DNA from: an uncultured delta proteobacterium
GTDB lineage: Bacteria; Myxococcota_A; Polyangia; Fen-1088
Length of the DNA: 64,000 bases
Assembly (NCBI GenBank): GCA_963767925.1
Contig: CAVYGB010000010.1
Span: forward strand, 64,001-128,000
Direction of reading: 5' to 3'
Positions 22,466 to 32,854 of this stretch are shown in pieces (position 1 is the stretch's first letter; each line of letters starts with the position of its first letter). Below the pieces are notes generated by a model that worked only from the letters and a program-made list of their open reading frames with translations, did not search any database and was not told where the DNA came from. Position numbers and translations under genes: made by a program.

Positions 22466-23119
22466 TCAGAGCCAGAAACCCAGATCCATCGTCAGTCCGA
22501 AGGACCGGGTCTTCGTGGGGGGGCCCACCTCCGCCGACGACGTGAAGTCGACGATGATCACGGGCCCGAAGCCCACGAAGACGTGGGGGAACGGGTGGAA
22601 GAGCACCGGCGCCTTGATCAACATGCCGAACTGAGCGCCGGAGTTGGTCATGCGCCCGCCGCCCGAGGCCACGCTGGTCTTCTCCCAGGTGTAGGTCAGA
22701 CCGAAGGTGGGAAAGATCGAGGCCCGGTCGCTGATCGGGAAGTTGTACGAAGCGATCGGCCCGAAGATGAACGAGCTGTACGTGTCGTCTTCTCGCCCCT
22801 CGTGGTGAAAGCCCAGCAGGCCGCCCACCGCGAGCTGGTTCGCGATGAAGAACATGATCGAGGGGGAGATGGTGATGTCCGGCCCCGACTCGCTCAGGCC
22901 GCTCAGGGACTCGCTGACGTAGCGAAGGTCGATGTCGAACTCGCTCGTGATGGCGATCTGACCGGGGCTGCCGAAGACCACCGCCGGGCTGGCCAGGCTC
23001 TCGTCGGTCTTGCTGAAGCTCGGGTCGCTGGTCGGCCACTGCTGCGCCCGCGCCGGCCCGACGAAGACGGGGAGGACCGCGGAAGAGAGGACGAGGGCGA
23101 CGGCGGCAGCGAGCTTCAT
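22466..23119 (-). CDS. Outer-membrane beta-barrel protein
   Basis: GGAGG RBS, signal peptide (ARA-QQ), amphipathic beta-strands, C-terminus LGFWL. Confidence 0.8.
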   Translation of the reverse strand: MKLAAAVALVLSSAVLPVFVGPARAQQWPTSDPSFSKTDESLASPAVVFGSPGQIAITSEFDIDLRYVSESLSGLSESGPDITISPSIMFFIANQLAVGGLLGFHHEGREDDTYSSFIFGPIASYNFPISDRASIFPTFGLTYTWEKTSVASGGGRMTNSGAQFGMLIKAPVLFHPFPHVFVGFGPVIIVDFTSSAEVGPPTKTRSFGLTMDLGFWL

Positions 23120-23287
23120 GGTGACCTCCGCCTCTACCGTATCCTGCCCGAGCCCGCCCCGGCCAGCTTTCTCGGCGGTGCCGCTGGTCCGGAGCTCTTC
23201 GTTTTGCCAGGGCTTCGCCTGGTGCCACGGCTCCGGCGACAGGCGCACACACGCCGGCCTGGCGCGCGCGACGCCTCCGGCCTGCCG

Positions 23288-23956
23288 TCAGGGCTTGCGG
23301 GTGCGTTCGCGCAGGACGCGGAAGGCTTCGAAGGTCTGGCAGCGCAGGTAGGGGTTCTCGAGGCTCTCGCGGCTGAGGGTGGAGGTGGCGAAGGGGCCAT
23401 AGTCGTGGCCGGGATAGACGCGGGTCTCCTCGGGCAGCGCCAGCAGGCGCTGCAGGCTCTCCCACAGGGCGCGGGTGTCGCCTCCCGGGAAGTCGGTGCG
23501 GCCGCAGCCGCCCACGAACAGGACGTCGCCGGTGATCACGTACCCGTCGGCGAGGAACGAGACGCCGCCCGAGGTGTGGCCGAAGGTCTCGAGGGCCCGC
23601 ACCCCCCGCCCGCCGATGGCGATGTCCTGCCTGTCGCTCAGCAGGGCGAGGGTCTGCGCGAGCGGGCGCAGGCGGTCGGCCTCGTGGGGGTGGACGTAGG
23701 TGACGGCGCCGGTCCGGGCCACCAGCTCGGCCACCCCCTCGATGTGGTCGTTGTGGCTGTGGGTGACGAGGATGGCACCGATCTGCACCCCCAGGCGGTC
23801 GGCCTCGCGGAGCAGGCGGTCGACCTCCCAGGCCGGGTCGACCACCGCCGCCTCACGCGTCTCCGGGCAATAGAGGATCTCGCAGAAGTTCTGGACCAGG
23901 CCGACCTCGATCTGGACGACCTCCGGCGCGGGGGGGAGCCCGGCCGTGTCGGTCAT
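23288..23956 (-). CDS. MBL-fold metallo-hydrolase (glyoxalase II-like)
   Basis: THSHNDH, GHT, TGDVLF..GCGR.D, YPGHDYG. Confidence 0.92.
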   Translation of the reverse strand: MTDTAGLPPAPEVVQIEVGLVQNFCEILYCPETREAAVVDPAWEVDRLLREADRLGVQIGAILVTHSHNDHIEGVAELVARTGAVTYVHPHEADRLRPLAQTLALLSDRQDIAIGGRGVRALETFGHTSGGVSFLADGYVITGDVLFVGGCGRTDFPGGDTRALWESLQRLLALPEETRVYPGHDYGPFATSTLSRESLENPYLRCQTFEAFRVLRERTRKP

Positions 23957-26094
23957 CGCGTGTCGACCTGGACGCGCGCGGCGCCCAGGTTGTCGGCCCC
24001 GTCCCAGACCCGGACGTTGACCACGTGGGGGCCGCGGGACAGGCCCTCGGGCAGGCGGATGGCGAACCCCTCGCTGCGCTGATCGAAGAGGCCGTCGCTG
24101 GGGCTGGCCGGCCGCCAGTCCTCGCCGTCGACGGAGAACTCGATGTGGCTGACCAGCGAGGCGGCGTCGCGGGCCCGCCCGGTCACGGCGGGCGGCCGGG
24201 CTTGCAGGTTCTGCACCTCGGGGCGGGTGTTGTCGACGAGGAAGGGGGCCGACACGAAGACCGAGTCGAGGGCCCGGTCGCTGGCGTTGGAGCGCTCGTC
24301 GGTCACCCAGACCCGCACCAGGTACTTGCCGTCGGGCACCGAGTCGGTGTTCCAGTCGAGCTCCGCCTTCGTCAGGGGATCTTCGCCGCCCATGGGCCGC
24401 CAGACCGACTCGCGCTCCTGCCGGTAATACACCCGGTAAAGGAGCGCGTCGTTGTCGGCGTTCTCCACCTTCCAGCGCAGCTTGAGGACAGAGGAGTGAA
24501 CCCGGGTTGGGCTGGCGGCGGCGGCCGCGGTGGTGGTGGTGGTGGTCGTAGTGGTGGGCGCGGCGTCGGCCAGGTACACGTCGGTCACCCGCGGGCGCTG
24601 GTTCTGGGGCAGGTAGAAGACCGAGACCTCACCCAGGGCGGTGGCCTTGGCCGGGAAGCCGACCTTGAATTGCAGGTAGCGGCTGGCCGGGCTGGCCACC
24701 TTCCCCTCGCCCTCGCCGCCATCGAACCCCGCGCCTTCGATCTTCTTCCAGCCGGTCCAGCTCTTGTCGGGCTTGGCGGTGTTGCCCGAGCGGGTCTCGA
24801 ACGCGAGGTTGGGCGCCCCGGTCCAGCGCAGCCGCCCCCAGCTCGCGAAGAACTCGCCGTCGAACACCTTCGACAGGTAGGTGGCCTCGCCGGGCCCCGC
24901 CGGCCGCACCTCGTAGACGCCGCCCACGTCGCCGGTGCCGACGAGGAAGCCGTCGCCCGAGCGGACCAGGGTGAGGGCCTGCCGCTCGGAGAGATCGGCG
25001 GCGAGGGCGAAGGTGCGATCGGGCAGCAGCCGGTAGACCTTGCCCTGGGTGCCGGCCGCCGCGTAGATGTCGCCGCTCGGATCAGCCAGCAAGGCGGTGA
25101 GGTAGCCGTCGGACAGGGCGAACACCTGCTCGATGGCGCCGGCGTCGGTGAGGCGGTACACGGCGCCGCGCGCCCGGCTCGAGCTGCCCCCGCCCCCGCC
25201 CCCGCCCCCGACGGCGGCCGGCGCCGCCCCCCCGGTGACCGAGATGCGGGTCCCCTTGGCGGGCGCTGCCGTGCTGCCCCCGGTGCTGGCGGTCGCGCTG
25301 CCGCTGTCGGCCTGGCCGGCGAAGTCGTTCACCGCCACGTAGGTTACGTTGCCCACCCGCAGGATGGCCCGCACCTCCTCGGCCTCGAAGTCGTGCACCG
25401 CTTCGGCCCGGCCGTCGGGGAACACGCGGTACAGGATCCCGCTGTCGGAGGTGCCGGCCAGCAAGGCGCCCCCGCCCACCGGCAGCAGCGACACGACCTG
25501 CTTGTCCCCCGAGTCCCAGATCTGCCGCACGCTCCCCTTGGCGTCGATCGCGAACACCTTGCCCACCCCGCCCGTGCCGGCGTAGGTGGTGCCGGAGGCG
25601 GCGTCGTGGACCATGGTCCAGATGTGCTCGGCCCCCAGCTTGGCGAAGGTGCGCACCTCGCCCTTTCCGGGGTCGACGGCGAACACCCGCCCGCCGGGGG
25701 TCGATCCGGCCAGCAGGGAGCCGTCCGGCCGCACCACGAGGGCGGTCACCCAGGGGACGTCGAGGTCGGCCAGCTTGCGCGGGGCGGGCCCGGTGTTGCC
25801 CTGGCGGAGGGTGACGGCGAAGATCCGCCCCTGGTCGCCGGTGCCGAAATAGGCGGTCTTGCCGTCGGCGCTCAGCGCGGAGGACCAGACGAAGGCGGCC
25901 TCGAGGCCGACCCGGCTGGCCTTGAGGCCGGGGCCCACCTCGCCGCTGGGGAGGATCACGCTGGTGGTGGCCTCCCCTTCCTCGAAGTCCTTGGCGGTTG
26001 TCTGACGAAAGGACTCGGTGCCTCCGGCCTGCGCGGCGGCGGACAGCACCAATGACGACACGACCGCCAGGGCGGCAAGAACAGGCGACCTCAT
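23953..26094 (-). CDS. Secreted beta-propeller protein with C-terminal Ig/FN3-like domains
   Basis: Signal peptide; repeated Y.GT...G.VY blades; ETRSGNT..PD..W..W; YLQFK; DNTRP. Confidence 0.8.
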   Translation of the reverse strand: MRSPVLAALAVVSSLVLSAAAQAGGTESFRQTTAKDFEEGEATTSVILPSGEVGPGLKASRVGLEAAFVWSSALSADGKTAYFGTGDQGRIFAVTLRQGNTGPAPRKLADLDVPWVTALVVRPDGSLLAGSTPGGRVFAVDPGKGEVRTFAKLGAEHIWTMVHDAASGTTYAGTGGVGKVFAIDAKGSVRQIWDSGDKQVVSLLPVGGGALLAGTSDSGILYRVFPDGRAEAVHDFEAEEVRAILRVGNVTYVAVNDFAGQADSGSATASTGGSTAAPAKGTRISVTGGAAPAAVGGGGGGGGSSSRARGAVYRLTDAGAIEQVFALSDGYLTALLADPSGDIYAAAGTQGKVYRLLPDRTFALAADLSERQALTLVRSGDGFLVGTGDVGGVYEVRPAGPGEATYLSKVFDGEFFASWGRLRWTGAPNLAFETRSGNTAKPDKSWTGWKKIEGAGFDGGEGEGKVASPASRYLQFKVGFPAKATALGEVSVFYLPQNQRPRVTDVYLADAAPTTTTTTTTTAAAAASPTRVHSSVLKLRWKVENADNDALLYRVYYRQERESVWRPMGGEDPLTKAELDWNTDSVPDGKYLVRVWVTDERSNASDRALDSVFVSAPFLVDNTRPEVQNLQARPPAVTGRARDAASLVSHIEFSVDGEDWRPASPSDGLFDQRSEGFAIRLPEGLSRGPHVVNVRVWDGADNLGAARVQVDTR

Positions 26095-26134
26095 GGGCCG
26101 CAGATCTTAGCGCACACCACCGCGGTGGTGCACG

Positions 26135-27455
26135 TCAGCCGCCCTTGCGGGCGGGCGGCGGCACCAGCGGGGACCGGGGTGGACTGGCCAGGCGGCCCTC
26201 GACGGCCCCCAGGAGGTCGACGCCCACCGCCGCCTTGAGCTGCTCGTTGGCGGAGATGAGGCGGCCGGCCAGGCCCCCCAGGTCGCCGCCGGGTGGGGCC
26301 GCTCCGTTGCTGGACGCACTCCCGCCCACACCGCCCAGCACGGTGAGCCGGTCGACCTTGAGGTTGCCCACGGTCCCCATGACGATGCGGATGAGCTCGT
26401 CCATCTTCTGCATCAGGAAAACTTCGCGCGCGCCCGCGCCCACCCGGTTCCAGGTGGCGGCGATCCGCTCCATCGCCTCGCCCGTGGCCCGTCCCTGCTC
26501 GACGATCTTGGCCGCCGCGCCCCGGGCGTTGGCCTCGGCCGCCGCCTTCTGGGCCCGGGCCGGCTCGAGCACGTCGGCCTGGAGCTGGCTGCGCACCTGC
26601 TCGATCCGGGCACGCTGGACCTCCAGCTCCGCCTCGGCCCGGGCCAGCCTGGCCGAGACCTTGCCCCGGGCCTCCGCGATCATGGCCGCGGCCTGGGTCT
26701 GGGCGTCGGCCACCCGGCGGGCGTTCTCCGCCCGCAAGGTGCCGAGCTGGGCGTCGAGGCGGGAGATCTCGGTCTCCTGGTGATTAAAGGCCGCCTGGAT
26801 GGCCGACTCCGCCCGCGAGTTCGCCTCGGCGATGAGGGCCCGCTTCTGCACCTCGGCCGACTGGCGGCGCCCGATGCTGTCGAGGTAGTCGACCTCGTCG
26901 GAGACGTCCTGGATCTTCAGGGTGTCGAGCTCGAGGCCCAGCCGCCGCAGGTCGTCCTCGGCCTCGTCGAGCAGGGACTGAGCGAACTTGATCTTGTCCT
27001 CGTTGACCTCTTCGGGCGTGAGGGTGGCGAGCACGCCGCGCAGGTTCCCCTCGAGCGTCTCCTTCGCCACCGACATGATGCGGTCCCGGGGCGATCCCGA
27101 GGAAACGTTCGATGGCGTTGTCGAGCACGGGCTGCTCGCCCGCCACCTTGACGTTGGCGATGCCGTGCACGTTGAGCGGGATGCCCCCCCGCGAGTAGGC
27201 CCCCTTGACCTGCACCTCGATGGGCATGTTCGTCAGATCCATGCGGTCGACCCTCTCGAACAGGGGGATACGGATGGCCCGCCCACCCTTGATGATGCGG
27301 TAGCCGATCCGACGCCCGGAGGCGGAGGCCCGCTGGCCTCCCGAGAAGATGAGCACCTCGTTGGGCGGGCAGATGTAGAGCAGACGCTTGATCACCCCCA
27401 GGAGCACGATGGCGAAGATCGCGATGACCGCCAGGAGCGAGAGGAACGAGATCAT
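26135..27455 (-). CDS. Flotillin/SPFH protein 2 (one +1 frameshift near 27090, probably sequencing error)
   Basis: ICPPNEVLIFSG..., NAIERFLG | RDRIMSVAKETLEGNLRGVLATLTPEEVN, AEA-rich coiled coil; ATGA overlap with flotillin 1. Confidence 0.85.
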
Positions 27456-28745
27456 GGCTGGGTGCCCTCCTTCTCGCCGCGGGCCCGACCCAGCAGCGCG
27501 GGGATGTCGACCCCGGTGGTCTCGCGCAGCGAGCGGAACACCGCCGCCACCGCCGCCGGGTAGGCCGCCGCCAGCCGGGGCAGGGCCTGCCCGTCGCCGT
27601 CGATGAGGTGAATGTTGCTGACCTCGACCCGCTGCACGCCTTCGACCACCATGCGGGTGATCCCCTCGATCTTGTCGATGAGGAACATGTCCATGGCCGA
27701 GGTGCCCGCCTTCATCCAGGCGTCGGAGACCAGCGAGAGCGACTCGGCCGTGGCCCGCCCGTTCTCGACGATGCTGGCCGCCGAACCGGCGGCGGTCAGC
27801 GCGGCCGCCTCGCTGGTTGATCTCGGCGGGGATGACCACGTCGCTCTGCAGCCGGACCGCCTCGAGCTCGCGCCGGACCGCCTCCAGGGCCTGCATGGCG
27901 GTGGCCTGGGCGGCCAGGGCGCCGGCCTCGGCCCGCTCCTCGATGGACTTGGCCTCCGCCTCCAGCTCGGCGGCCACCCGGCGCAGCTCGTTGCGCCGCT
28001 GGGCGATGGCCCGCTCGGCGTCGGCCTGGGCCACCTTGGCCCGCATGTCGGCCCCCGCGGCCTCCTTGGCCGCCTCGTTGCGGGCGTTGGACTCGGCGAT
28101 CTCCGCTTCCTTGATGATCTGGGCGATCTTCCCGCGGCCGATCGAGTCGAGGTAGTTGGCGTCGTCGGTGACGTGCTGGATCTTCAGCACGTCGAGGTGC
28201 AGCCCCAGCTTGGCCAGGTCCTGCTCGACCTCCTGGGAGAGCGACTCGGCGAACTTGAGCCGGTCGGTGTTCACCTCCTCGGGGGTGAGGGTGGCGAGCA
28301 CGCCGCGCAGGTTGCCCTCGAGCGTCTCCTTGGCCACCTGCTGGATGTCGGCCTGTCCCCGGCCCAGGAAGCGCTCGACGGCGTTCATCACCACCTGGGG
28401 GTTGGCCGAGATCTTCACGATGGCGATGGCCCGCACCTTGAGGGGAATGCCCACCCGGGTGTAGGCGCCCTGCACCTGCACGTCGATGGGGAAGCTGCGC
28501 ATGTCCATCCGGTCGACGGTCTCGATGATCGGCACCCGCCAGGCCCGGCCGCCGAACACGACCCGGAAGCCGACCTCCGAGCCGTCCTCGCGGCGGTGCT
28601 TGCGCCCGGCGAAGATCACCATCTCCTGCGGCCGGCAGATGATCAGGAACTGCTTCACGAAGCCGAGCAGGATCAGGATGCCGACCGCCGTGCCGAGGGC
28701 GGTCACCGGCAGCCCGAGCAGATCGCCGAGGGGAGAGTCGCTCAT
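27452..28745 (-). CDS. Flotillin/SPFH protein 1 (one +1 frameshift near 27812, probably sequencing error)
   Basis: AVERFLG, AKETLEGNLRGVLATLTPEEVN, YLDSIGR; continues EAAALTAAG...WMKAG after the frame change. Confidence 0.85.
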
Positions 28746-29386
28746 GAATCCTCCGTTTTCGAGCCCAGCGGGAGCCGGCCGGCCGGGGGCAACGAAGCCG
28801 GGCTCCGCTCCACCAGGGCCACCGTCCCGCGCATGCCGACGACCAGGGCGGTCTCGCCGGCACCGAGCGCGCCTTCGCTCTCGGTCTCGGCGATGAGGTC
28901 GGTGCTGATGCCCCCGATGGACAGGCGCACCTTGCCCCGCACCCCCTTGCCGACCGGCAACAGGACGCGGCCTTCCCGCCCGATGTGAGAGTCGCTGCCG
29001 CCCAGCAGCCCCACCGGGCCGCGGGCCAGCCCCTGCAGCACGCGCGCCGACAGGTAGCCGCAGCCCAGCCCCATGCCCCCGGCCACCAGCGGCGTGGCCA
29101 GGCCGAGCCCGGTGAGGGTGAGGGCCGCCCCGCTCAGCCCGAAGAAGGCCAGGGCGAACGCCCAGAAGCGCAGGCTGAGGAAAGGCAGCAGGCTGTGCGG
29201 GGCGTGGCTGCCGTGGTGGCCCTCGTGCCCCTGGCCGTGGTCGCCGCCATGCCCGTCGTCGTGGCCACCGCCGTCGCCGCCGCCATGATCATGGCCGGCA
29301 TCGCCGTCGCCGCCGTGCCCCCCGAAGATCGACGCTCCCAGGAGCACGCCACCAAAGAGCAAGCTTCCCAAGTAGATCGACAGCAT
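28742..29386 (-). CDS. NfeD-like membrane protein with His/Gly-rich loop
   Basis: TM helices, FLSLRFW, C-terminal OB fold (GREGRV..PV...GKVRL); ATGA overlap with the flotillin gene. Confidence 0.85.
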   Translation of the reverse strand: MLSIYLGSLLFGGVLLGASIFGGHGGDGDAGHDHGGGDGGGHDDGHGGDHGQGHEGHHGSHAPHSLLPFLSLRFWAFALAFFGLSGAALTLTGLGLATPLVAGGMGLGCGYLSARVLQGLARGPVGLLGGSDSHIGREGRVLLPVGKGVRGKVRLSIGGISTDLIAETESEGALGAGETALVVGMRGTVALVERSPASLPPAGRLPLGSKTEDS

Positions 29387-29580
29387 CGAGGCCCTCACGT
29401 GATGTTGCGAATGACACCATGGGATAGCACCCCGGTCCATGACAATCGAGGACGTCTCGCCATGTGACACCTCGATCGAACGCGCGCCGGGCGCTGACAT
29501 TCTGGGCAAGCGGCCTGGCGCGGTGCCCGCGTAGGCGGAACGCGTAGGCGCCAGCGAAGGAGCAGCGGCGGCCCGCTGCT

Positions 29581-30999
29581 TCAGCTCGGCTCGGTGGAGA
29601 CCCGGGCCGGGCGGGCGGGGCGCGGGCGCGGGCGGCGGGTGCGGGCGGGGCCCAGCACCATCTCCAGGCGGGCCCGCTCGCGCAGCAGCTCCTCGCCGAA
29701 CAGGCGGCGGATGGCGTCGGCCAGCTCGGGCGTGGCCCCCACGCAGAAGGGGGCGATCGCTTCGCGCACCTCGCGCGCGCTGCCGAACCGCTCGGCCGGG
29801 TCGGTCGCCAGCAGCCCCGGCAACAGGGCGGGCAGCGGCGGGGGCAGCCCGGCGATGAAGTCGCGCTCGCGCTCCTGGGGACCGGTCGCCGCGGCCAGCA
29901 GCCGGTCGTAGAGCGTCTTGCCCCGGTAGAGGGGGGCCCGGGCCGCGCAGTAGTAGATGACGAGACCGACCGAGAAGAGGTCGGCCCGCTGGTCGACGGT
30001 GAAGCCCTGGGCCTGCTCGGGGGACATGAAGTCGACGTTCCCCTTCACGGTCTCGTTGCCCGAGGTGCCCAGCCCCGACGAGCCGCGCACCTGGGCGATG
30101 CCGAAGTCGAGCAGCTTCACCTCGGCCCGCTCCGACAGCAGGATGTTCTCGGGGGTGACGTCGCGATGGACCAGGTCGAGGGGCTCGCCGTGCTCGTCCA
30201 CCTTGCCGTGGGCGTATTCGAGCGCGCCGAGGACCTCTTGGGCCAGGTAGAGGATCGCACCGGCGCTGAGGGGGCGTTGCTTGAGCTCCACCATGCGGCG
30301 GGTGAGGCGGCCCAGATCCCGTCCGGCGATGTACTCCTCGACCAGGAAGCGCTGCCCCTGGGCCTCGGCGTAGTCGACGACGGCGGCGATGTTGGGATGG
30401 ATCAGCGAGGCGCCCAGCTCCTTCTCGGCCAGGAAGTGCATCATCGCCACCGCGTCTTCGGACTGCTCGCGCCGCAGCTTCTTGATGACGAAGGGGCGAA
30501 TGGTGCCATCGGGCGCCGTGCCGGCGGCGGTGAACACCTCGGCCAGGCCGCCCTCGCCGATGCGATCGATGAGGAGGTAGGCGCCCAGCCGCTCGGGCAC
30601 GCTGCCCGGCGGAGGCGGATCGCCGCTGGCCGGGCCCAGCAGATCGGCGTCGGTGTGCGGCTCGCCCTCGGTCTCGGCCTCGGTCGACCAGCGGCCGCTG
30701 TGCCGCCGCCGCAGGATCACCATGAGCCCGAGCAGGGAGACCGCCGCCGCGCCCACCAGCCAGGCGATCGAGGCCCAGCCGATCCCCTCGCGGGATCCGC
30801 GGGCCACCTCCTCCTCGGCCCGGGCCTGCGCGCAGCTCGTCGGGAAGATCAGCAGCAACAGCGCAGCCAGCGCGCCCACCCGGACCACCGCCCGCCACCG
30901 CCTGCTCGACGCTCGGCCCGCTGACGGGGGAACGCGCTCACGGCCATCCGGACTACCAGCGCTCGCCACCACGAGGGCAGGATACAGAAAATTGCCCAT
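29581..30999 (-). CDS. Hanks-type Ser/Thr protein kinase with N-terminal TM segments (start uncertain)
   Basis: GEGGLAEVF, VIKK, HRDVTPENIL, DFG, FMSPEQ, DLFSVG. Confidence 0.9.
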   Translation of the reverse strand: MGNFLYPALVVASAGSPDGRERVPPSAGRASSRRWRAVVRVGALAALLLLIFPTSCAQARAEEEVARGSREGIGWASIAWLVGAAAVSLLGLMVILRRRHSGRWSTEAETEGEPHTDADLLGPASGDPPPPGSVPERLGAYLLIDRIGEGGLAEVFTAAGTAPDGTIRPFVIKKLRREQSEDAVAMMHFLAEKELGASLIHPNIAAVVDYAEAQGQRFLVEEYIAGRDLGRLTRRMVELKQRPLSAGAILYLAQEVLGALEYAHGKVDEHGEPLDLVHRDVTPENILLSERAEVKLLDFGIAQVRGSSGLGTSGNETVKGNVDFMSPEQAQGFTVDQRADLFSVGLVIYYCAARAPLYRGKTLYDRLLAAATGPQERERDFIAGLPPPLPALLPGLLATDPAERFGSAREVREAIAPFCVGATPELADAIRRLFGEELLRERARLEMVLGPARTRRPRPRPARPARVSTEPS

Positions 31000-31153
31000 C
31001 GCGATCAGCAGTTTTGCGCGCACCGGCGCTGCGTTCGCCCGATCGGGAGCACATCGCTGCCAGCGAGGTAAAATCGATCCGTCGATGTAGTCCAGGTAGG
31101 GCGCATATCGGTGCTAGAACGGGGCTGGGGCAGCGGCTCCGCAGAACACCCAC

Positions 31154-31816
31154 ATGCTCGGCTTCCTTCACACCTTGTCGGCGAACGCCAAGACCTTCGG
31201 CGACCTCCTCGAAAAGCTCAGCCCCGAGACTCCCAGCCTGCACCGCCTGGACGAGGCGGTCCTCGTCGAGGCGCGGGCCGCCGGCGCCGGCAGCGAAGCG
31301 GTCCGCCGCCAGGTGCAGGTCGACGTCGGCAGCCTGGTGGCGGAAGGGGCCCGGATCATCGTCTGCACCTGCTCCACCATCGGCGCGGTGGCGGAGGCGG
31401 CGACGGTCCCCGCCGGCATCACGGTGATGCGCATCGATCGCCCCATGGCCGAGCAGGCGGTGGCCTGCGGCCCGGCGCTGCTGGTGGTGGCCGCCCTCAA
31501 GTCCACCTTCGAACCCACGCTGGCCCTGCTGAACGAGGAGGCGGCCAGCGCGGGCAAGACTCTCGAGATCAGCAAGGTCCTCTGCCAGGACGCCTGGCCC
31601 TACTTCGAGCGGGGCGACCTCGAACGTTACGCTCAGGAGATCGCCCGCACCATCGGCGCCTTCCGGGGCCGGGTCGACGCCATCGTCCTGGCTCAGGCCT
31701 CGATGGCCCCCGCCGCCGATCTGCTGCCGAACCTGTACACCCCCGTCCTGTCCAGCCCCCGCCTGGGCCTGCTCGCCGCCCTCGAGAAGCACCGCCTCGC
31801 CACCCCGACCCGCTGA
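31154..31816 (+). CDS. Asp/Glu/hydantoin racemase-superfamily protein
   Basis: GFLHT, CTCSTIG, RIDRPMAE, IVLAQASM, PVLSSP. Confidence 0.75.
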   Translation: MLGFLHTLSANAKTFGDLLEKLSPETPSLHRLDEAVLVEARAAGAGSEAVRRQVQVDVGSLVAEGARIIVCTCSTIGAVAEAATVPAGITVMRIDRPMAEQAVACGPALLVVAALKSTFEPTLALLNEEAASAGKTLEISKVLCQDAWPYFERGDLERYAQEIARTIGAFRGRVDAIVLAQASMAPAADLLPNLYTPVLSSPRLGLLAALEKHRLATPTR

Positions 31817-31850
31817 GCCGCGCCGGCTGCGGTTTCTCTGCGACGGGCTG

Positions 31851-32765
31851 CTAGGGGATCTCCTGGCCGCGGGCGGCCTCCCAGAGGAGGTACCAGTCTT
31901 CGCGGTCGAGGGTGAGGCTGGCGGCGGCGGCGAGGCCCTCGATCCGCTCGGGGCGGTTGGTGCCGAAAACGGCGATCGGCCGGCTGGGGTGGGCCAGCAC
32001 CCAGGCCAGGGCCAGCCGCTCCGGCTTGGCCTCCTCGTATTTGCCGGCGATGGTGGCCATGGCCGCCCGGATCCGCTGGGCGGCGGTGTCCTGGTGATCG
32101 AACAGCCGGCCCCCGCCGAGCGGGGACCAGGCCATCGGCAAGATGCCCAGGCGCTGGCACTGGTCGAGGGTCCCGTCCTCGATCGCGTTCATCGTGAACA
32201 GGCTGAGCTCGACCTGGTTCGTGCACACGGGCCGGGTCAGGCGGGAGTTGAGCAGCTCGACCTGGTGGACGTTGTAGTTCGAGACCCCCACCTCGCGCAC
32301 CTTGCCCTGCCGCTGCAGCGTCTCCAGCCCCTCGGCGGTGTCGTCGGCGGCGCTGAGCCAGTCGGGCCGGTGCACCAGGAAGACGTCGAGGTGGTCGGTC
32401 CCCAGCAGGCGCAGCGACTTCTCGGCCGAGGCGATGATCCGCTGGGCGCTGGCGTTGTAGAAGGCAACCCGCCGCTCGGGGTGGCGCGCGCAGGGGACGT
32501 AGATGCCACACTTGGTGACGATCTCCAGCCGCTGGCGCAGGCCGGGAGAGAGCGCCAGGGCTCGCCCCACCAGCTCCTCCACCTCATAGGTCCCGTAGAT
32601 CTCGGCGGTGTCGAGGGTGGTGATGCCCTGCTCGAGGCAGATCTCCAGGCGGCGCAGGAGGTGCTGCGGGGAGGCGCTCTCGGGATCGTCGAGCAGCCGC
32701 CAGGTGCCATAGGCCAGACGCGACAGCTCGGGACCTCGGGAGGAAGGCTTCGCGCGGGGCACCAT
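31851..32765 (-). CDS. Aldo/keto reductase (YdhF/YcsN-like)
   Basis: YGTWRL, DTAEIYG, TKCGI, LVHRPD, GKVREVGVSN, NQVELS, WSPLGGG. Confidence 0.92.
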   Translation of the reverse strand: MVPRAKPSSRGPELSRLAYGTWRLLDDPESASPQHLLRRLEICLEQGITTLDTAEIYGTYEVEELVGRALALSPGLRQRLEIVTKCGIYVPCARHPERRVAFYNASAQRIIASAEKSLRLLGTDHLDVFLVHRPDWLSAADDTAEGLETLQRQGKVREVGVSNYNVHQVELLNSRLTRPVCTNQVELSLFTMNAIEDGTLDQCQRLGILPMAWSPLGGGRLFDHQDTAAQRIRAAMATIAGKYEEAKPERLALAWVLAHPSRPIAVFGTNRPERIEGLAAAASLTLDREDWYLLWEAARGQEIP

Positions 32766-32854
32766 GGCCGGCACTTTGTCCCCAAAAGCCTCTCGCGCGC
32801 AACCCGGTGCTGCTGGGGAGTTACCCGGCGCCGGGGCTGTCGTAAGCTGAGCCC

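Noticed and set aside
23200..23230. sigma54 promoter (TGGCAC) upstream of the beta-barrel gene
   Set aside because: GG-to-GC spacing is 11, not 10, and there is no TTGC.
24529..24555. Poly-Thr trinucleotide tract
   Set aside because: Ordinary in-frame low-complexity linker.
26135..28745. Programmed frameshifting in flotillins
   Set aside because: No slippery heptamer, non-equivalent positions, and the window has other indel errors.
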